In this document: positions 50,303 to 53,924 of the stretch, piece by piece
How positions within the stretch are numbered: position 1 is the first letter of the stretch
How the letters are laid out: each line of letters starts with the position of its first letter
From: a virus
Taxonomy: Duplodnaviria; Heunggongvirae; Uroviricota; Caudoviricetes
DNA: 64,000 nt
Direction: 5' to 3' (one strand)
Virus record (IMG/VR): IMGVR_UViG_2775506858_000003
Location: 1 to 64,000 of that record
Position numbers and translations under genes: made by a program
Notes under the pieces: model-generated
What the model was told of the DNA's origin: nothing
Seen by the model: only the letters and a program-made list of their open reading frames with translations
Databases searched by the model: none

Positions 50303-50506
50303 GGATAGAGGGTGTTGAAAAGATTGTTTGGCGATAAGATTTTAACGCTCTTTATCCACTCCATTCAAATGTTCAACAGACCCTACTTTAACAAATTATA
50401 TAAATTTTAAAAATTAAATTGCTACTTAAATAAGGGGAACAAGAAAAATTAGATGCCCTAAGCCAAAGATAATAAGCCCATTACAACAGTGTAGTGGGCT
50501 TTTTCA

Positions 50507-50995
50507 ATGGCTGATACCAATCCATTATTTACTTGGGATGAACTCAAGGACAACGAAAAAACCGCGCCTAAGAAATTGGTCACTGCGTTTAAACGCGCTG
50601 GTGCTGAAATCGCATCATCTTGGGTCGACGGCAAAATCAAACGTGAAAGCGGTATTTCGTACCGTGAAATCACTTTCGTATTGGCTGATAGTCAGCAAAT
50701 CACATTACGCGTAAAGCAAACTGGTGACGTTTACCAGGTACGCATGAACAACAAAGTTCTTCCAATTAAAGAACAAGACGATATTAAAGCGGCCTTGAGT
50801 GAGGTTGTGAAAGCATTGGATGCCAATGCCACCAAATACCAACGAACATTGGCTCGTCGAAAAGTTGAGCTGCCTAAAGGTATGCAATCAACGGTTAAAC
50901 GCAAAGAGGTCGCGCTTCAAGAACGCGAGTTTGAGTTGGACACCCGTATTGCAGAGGCACAAGCTGAACTAGTGGCCTTACAAGGTGGTGAATGA
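50507..50995 (+). CDS. hypothetical protein preceding the giant proteins
   Basis: ORF with ATGA overlap downstream. Confidence 0.4.
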   Translation: MADTNPLFTWDELKDNEKTAPKKLVTAFKRAGAEIASSWVDGKIKRESGISYREITFVLADSQQITLRVKQTGDVYQVRMNNKVLPIKEQDDIKAALSEVVKALDANATKYQRTLARRKVELPKGMQSTVKRKEVALQEREFELDTRIAEAQAELVALQGGE

Positions 50996-53922
50996 TGGCT
51001 ATTTTGCGTGATGACAATGGCAGAATAACCAACTTTCATGGCTTAAATATACAAACAGAAGTTCAAATGGGGCGGTACCGGCAAAAGGCTGGTAAGCGGC
51101 CTGTATTAATGGCCGCAGATTACGGTGAAATTACAGGCACGAATGGAGCAGACGGTGATGCAGTTGATTGCTACATCGGCGTATTTCCAGAGTGCTTGAA
51201 TGTCTACATCATCAACCAAACCAATTACACCGGCACATTTGATGAACACAAAGTAATGCTTGGATTTTTATCACAAGAAGATGCTGTAACAGCATATCAA
51301 TTAAGCACCTTTGGTAAAGAGCCAATGAGTGTAATTTCATGTACAGCCAGCCAGCTTCGATGGTGGCTTGAGCACGGGAATCTTAATGCACCAGTAACAG
51401 CAAATTCATTCCCTTTTGACCCAGAAAGCGATATAGCAATGAATCAAAACATATTTGATTGGAGTAATGAAGGTAGAGCGGTATCGCAAGCCTTGTATCA
51501 AATGCGCCATACCGATACCAGTGAGCAGCTCTTGGAGGCGGCCTCGTTTGATTCGGTGGTGTCTGAAATCATAGAGAATGAAAACGGTGAATTTGCTGTT
51601 TTTGACGCACTGGTCATTCAACAGGCGAAACTTAGCAAAACAGCGCAAATTATTGGCCGAACACTTAATCGCTTTGGCGGTGCCGAAATCCAAGTCGTTG
51701 AGAATGGTGTACAGGTTTCAGAACCATTCAAAAAGGCTGGTACTACGAATGTTGCGATGGTGTTTGAATTAAGCGATGGCCAAACCATTTCTTGCTTTCT
51801 ACATAATCCAGACAAGTCGCCCAACAAATTACAGGCCGATGATAACTTGGTTGCATGGCGTTGGAATCTGAACAAAAAAGATATCACCATTCTTGTTGCA
51901 AAAGAAAATGGCAAAGACCAAGAAATCACTCAAATTGCCAAACGCATTATGGCTTTTGCAGAGAAAAACAGCGCCCGATTTACCAAGGCAAATAACAAGC
52001 GTGCAGAGCGCCAAGCGGCCTTGGTAGAGGCGGAGGCTCGTATTGCTGAAAAAGAGCAGACTCTTGCTGATTTGGTGGCTCAAATAGATGCCATTAAGAA
52101 TGGAGGCAGTGTTCAAACAGAAGCAGAAGCTCAAAGCAACATCGAAGAAAATACTTCGACAGAGGCAAGTAATGAGCCTCTGGATACTAATCCATCAGCA
52201 AATAAAAAAACACCTTATTCACAGCCTTCTGAAGCAAGTGAAATAGACGATGACAGTGCTATGACGCAGCTGCCTGCTTATTTAGAAAAATCAGAAAGTA
52301 AGTTTGATGCAATACGCAATTACGTCAAAGAGAATCTTCAAGGTAAGTATGTCAACACAGTGATTGGCAAAGTATTTCTCTTGGGTTCAACATGGCAAAA
52401 AATGAAAAGTGGAGCTCATATTGATGATTTGAAGGTTGCGCTAATTCCATTGGTGCCCCAAATACTCAAAGGAGAGTATGAGAATCCAGAAGGAAATGAG
52501 AACTTAGGTGCTGCCTATAAACCTAGAGGGGAATACATCCGTTTCCATTCTTTCAAAAAAACAGTTGTTGTTGATGAGTTAAAAGTTGAGGCACGTGTTT
52601 TGGTGGGTGAGCGAAAAGACACTCATGAATTCGAGTTTGTCGCGTACTCATTGCATAAGGATGTGATGCGTCCTGAAATGAAAAAACCCTTAGAAGCTAT
52701 CGAGGAAATCGCCTCGGACTTGAAAGGGCTTAATCAGTCATCAGAAGATGACAATTCAAATGTACCTTCAGTTATGGACAGTGTCAATTCAGAAGGATGG
52801 AATATTCAAATTATCAGCGTAATTGATACAAGTGGTAACCATGTAACTGATTTGGAAGATAAACAAGCGCATGAAACGGCTGAGCAAGTTGAAAAAACCG
52901 ATGATAAGCATGGAATTAATTTAACTGGCAAAGAGCTTGGCGACTTCGATATTTCAACAAAAGATGGTATGGATGGCTTGCGTGATGCAGCGCATCAGTA
53001 TTTACGTACATTATTCACAAATCATGAAACGGTCTTTTGTCGAGCCATTAATGACGATGTGAATTTCAATTCTTCGGGTGCCAAAAAAATCAAAAAATTG
53101 AGTGTTAATCCTGTCAAAAATCAATTGGCCATTGCAATAAAACAAATTATTGCTGAAGGTAATTTGGTCAAAGGCAATATTCAAAGTTACAGCACTGAAG
53201 AACAAAAAATGGGCATTACATATGATGTTTTGCGAACAAAAGTTGTTGTGGACGGAGTTGAATATGGTGCTCGTACAGTATTGCGAAAATTACTTGATGG
53301 AAAATATCACTATGATTTGCAAGTAAAAGACAGTTTTGAAGCAATTATGGATGGTGTAAAAACAATGGGCGGACAATCCATGTCGGCTTACGAATCCGAT
53401 GTAATTGTGCGCCCAGTGTTGGGGTCAGAAGACCTTGAAATCAATACTACACATGATGATGATACTTCACAAGTATTTGATAAGGCAGATATTGAAACTG
53501 GTGCATTTGTGATGAATCTATTTGTTGATGTGAAAAATGAACAAGGTGAATGGGTTCCACTTTCTGATGCATTTGAACCTGATGAGCACAATGAATCTGA
53601 TGATACCCCATCAGCGCCAGTTTCTGAGCCTGTATCGATGCCACCGACGACACCTGAGCCTATGCCTGACGAAGCTGCAGAAAACGAGCCAGAGAGCGAT
53701 TCTGTTCAGGCAGAGCAAGAGCATTCTACCTCTGATGCCGATATTGAGTTCTTGAATGGAATTATTGCAGGAACGGAAAATATCATGGACAAAGAGTTCC
53801 ATGACCGTCTGGAGTCCGTGGCTGTGCGCATTAATGAAGGTGGCAAGGAAGAAATGATGGAATTGTTAGTGCAAGCAATTGATGCATATACAGCTAAATT
53901 AGACGAATTGAGCAAGGAATAA
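50992..53922 (+). CDS. giant (976 aa) acidic multi-domain protein, polyvalent-protein-like
   Basis: Long ORF with coiled-coil and acidic low-complexity linkers; no confident family. Confidence 0.45.
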   Translation: MMAILRDDNGRITNFHGLNIQTEVQMGRYRQKAGKRPVLMAADYGEITGTNGADGDAVDCYIGVFPECLNVYIINQTNYTGTFDEHKVMLGFLSQEDAVTAYQLSTFGKEPMSVISCTASQLRWWLEHGNLNAPVTANSFPFDPESDIAMNQNIFDWSNEGRAVSQALYQMRHTDTSEQLLEAASFDSVVSEIIENENGEFAVFDALVIQQAKLSKTAQIIGRTLNRFGGAEIQVVENGVQVSEPFKKAGTTNVAMVFELSDGQTISCFLHNPDKSPNKLQADDNLVAWRWNLNKKDITILVAKENGKDQEITQIAKRIMAFAEKNSARFTKANNKRAERQAALVEAEARIAEKEQTLADLVAQIDAIKNGGSVQTEAEAQSNIEENTSTEASNEPLDTNPSANKKTPYSQPSEASEIDDDSAMTQLPAYLEKSESKFDAIRNYVKENLQGKYVNTVIGKVFLLGSTWQKMKSGAHIDDLKVALIPLVPQILKGEYENPEGNENLGAAYKPRGEYIRFHSFKKTVVVDELKVEARVLVGERKDTHEFEFVAYSLHKDVMRPEMKKPLEAIEEIASDLKGLNQSSEDDNSNVPSVMDSVNSEGWNIQIISVIDTSGNHVTDLEDKQAHETAEQVEKTDDKHGINLTGKELGDFDISTKDGMDGLRDAAHQYLRTLFTNHETVFCRAINDDVNFNSSGAKKIKKLSVNPVKNQLAIAIKQIIAEGNLVKGNIQSYSTEEQKMGITYDVLRTKVVVDGVEYGARTVLRKLLDGKYHYDLQVKDSFEAIMDGVKTMGGQSMSAYESDVIVRPVLGSEDLEINTTHDDDTSQVFDKADIETGAFVMNLFVDVKNEQGEWVPLSDAFEPDEHNESDDTPSAPVSEPVSMPPTTPEPMPDEAAENEPESDSVQAEQEHSTSDADIEFLNGIIAGTENIMDKEFHDRLESVAVRINEGGKEEMMELLVQAIDAYTAKLDELSKE

Positions 53923-53924
53923 AC

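Larger units (their letters stand above)
49533..50384 (-). mobile_element. IS5-family insertion sequence (IS427-like, orfA/orfB), 852 bp, 17-bp terminal IRs AGGGTCTGTTGAACATT, TA flanks
   Basis: IRs read at both ends; two overlapping transposase ORFs. Confidence 0.75.
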
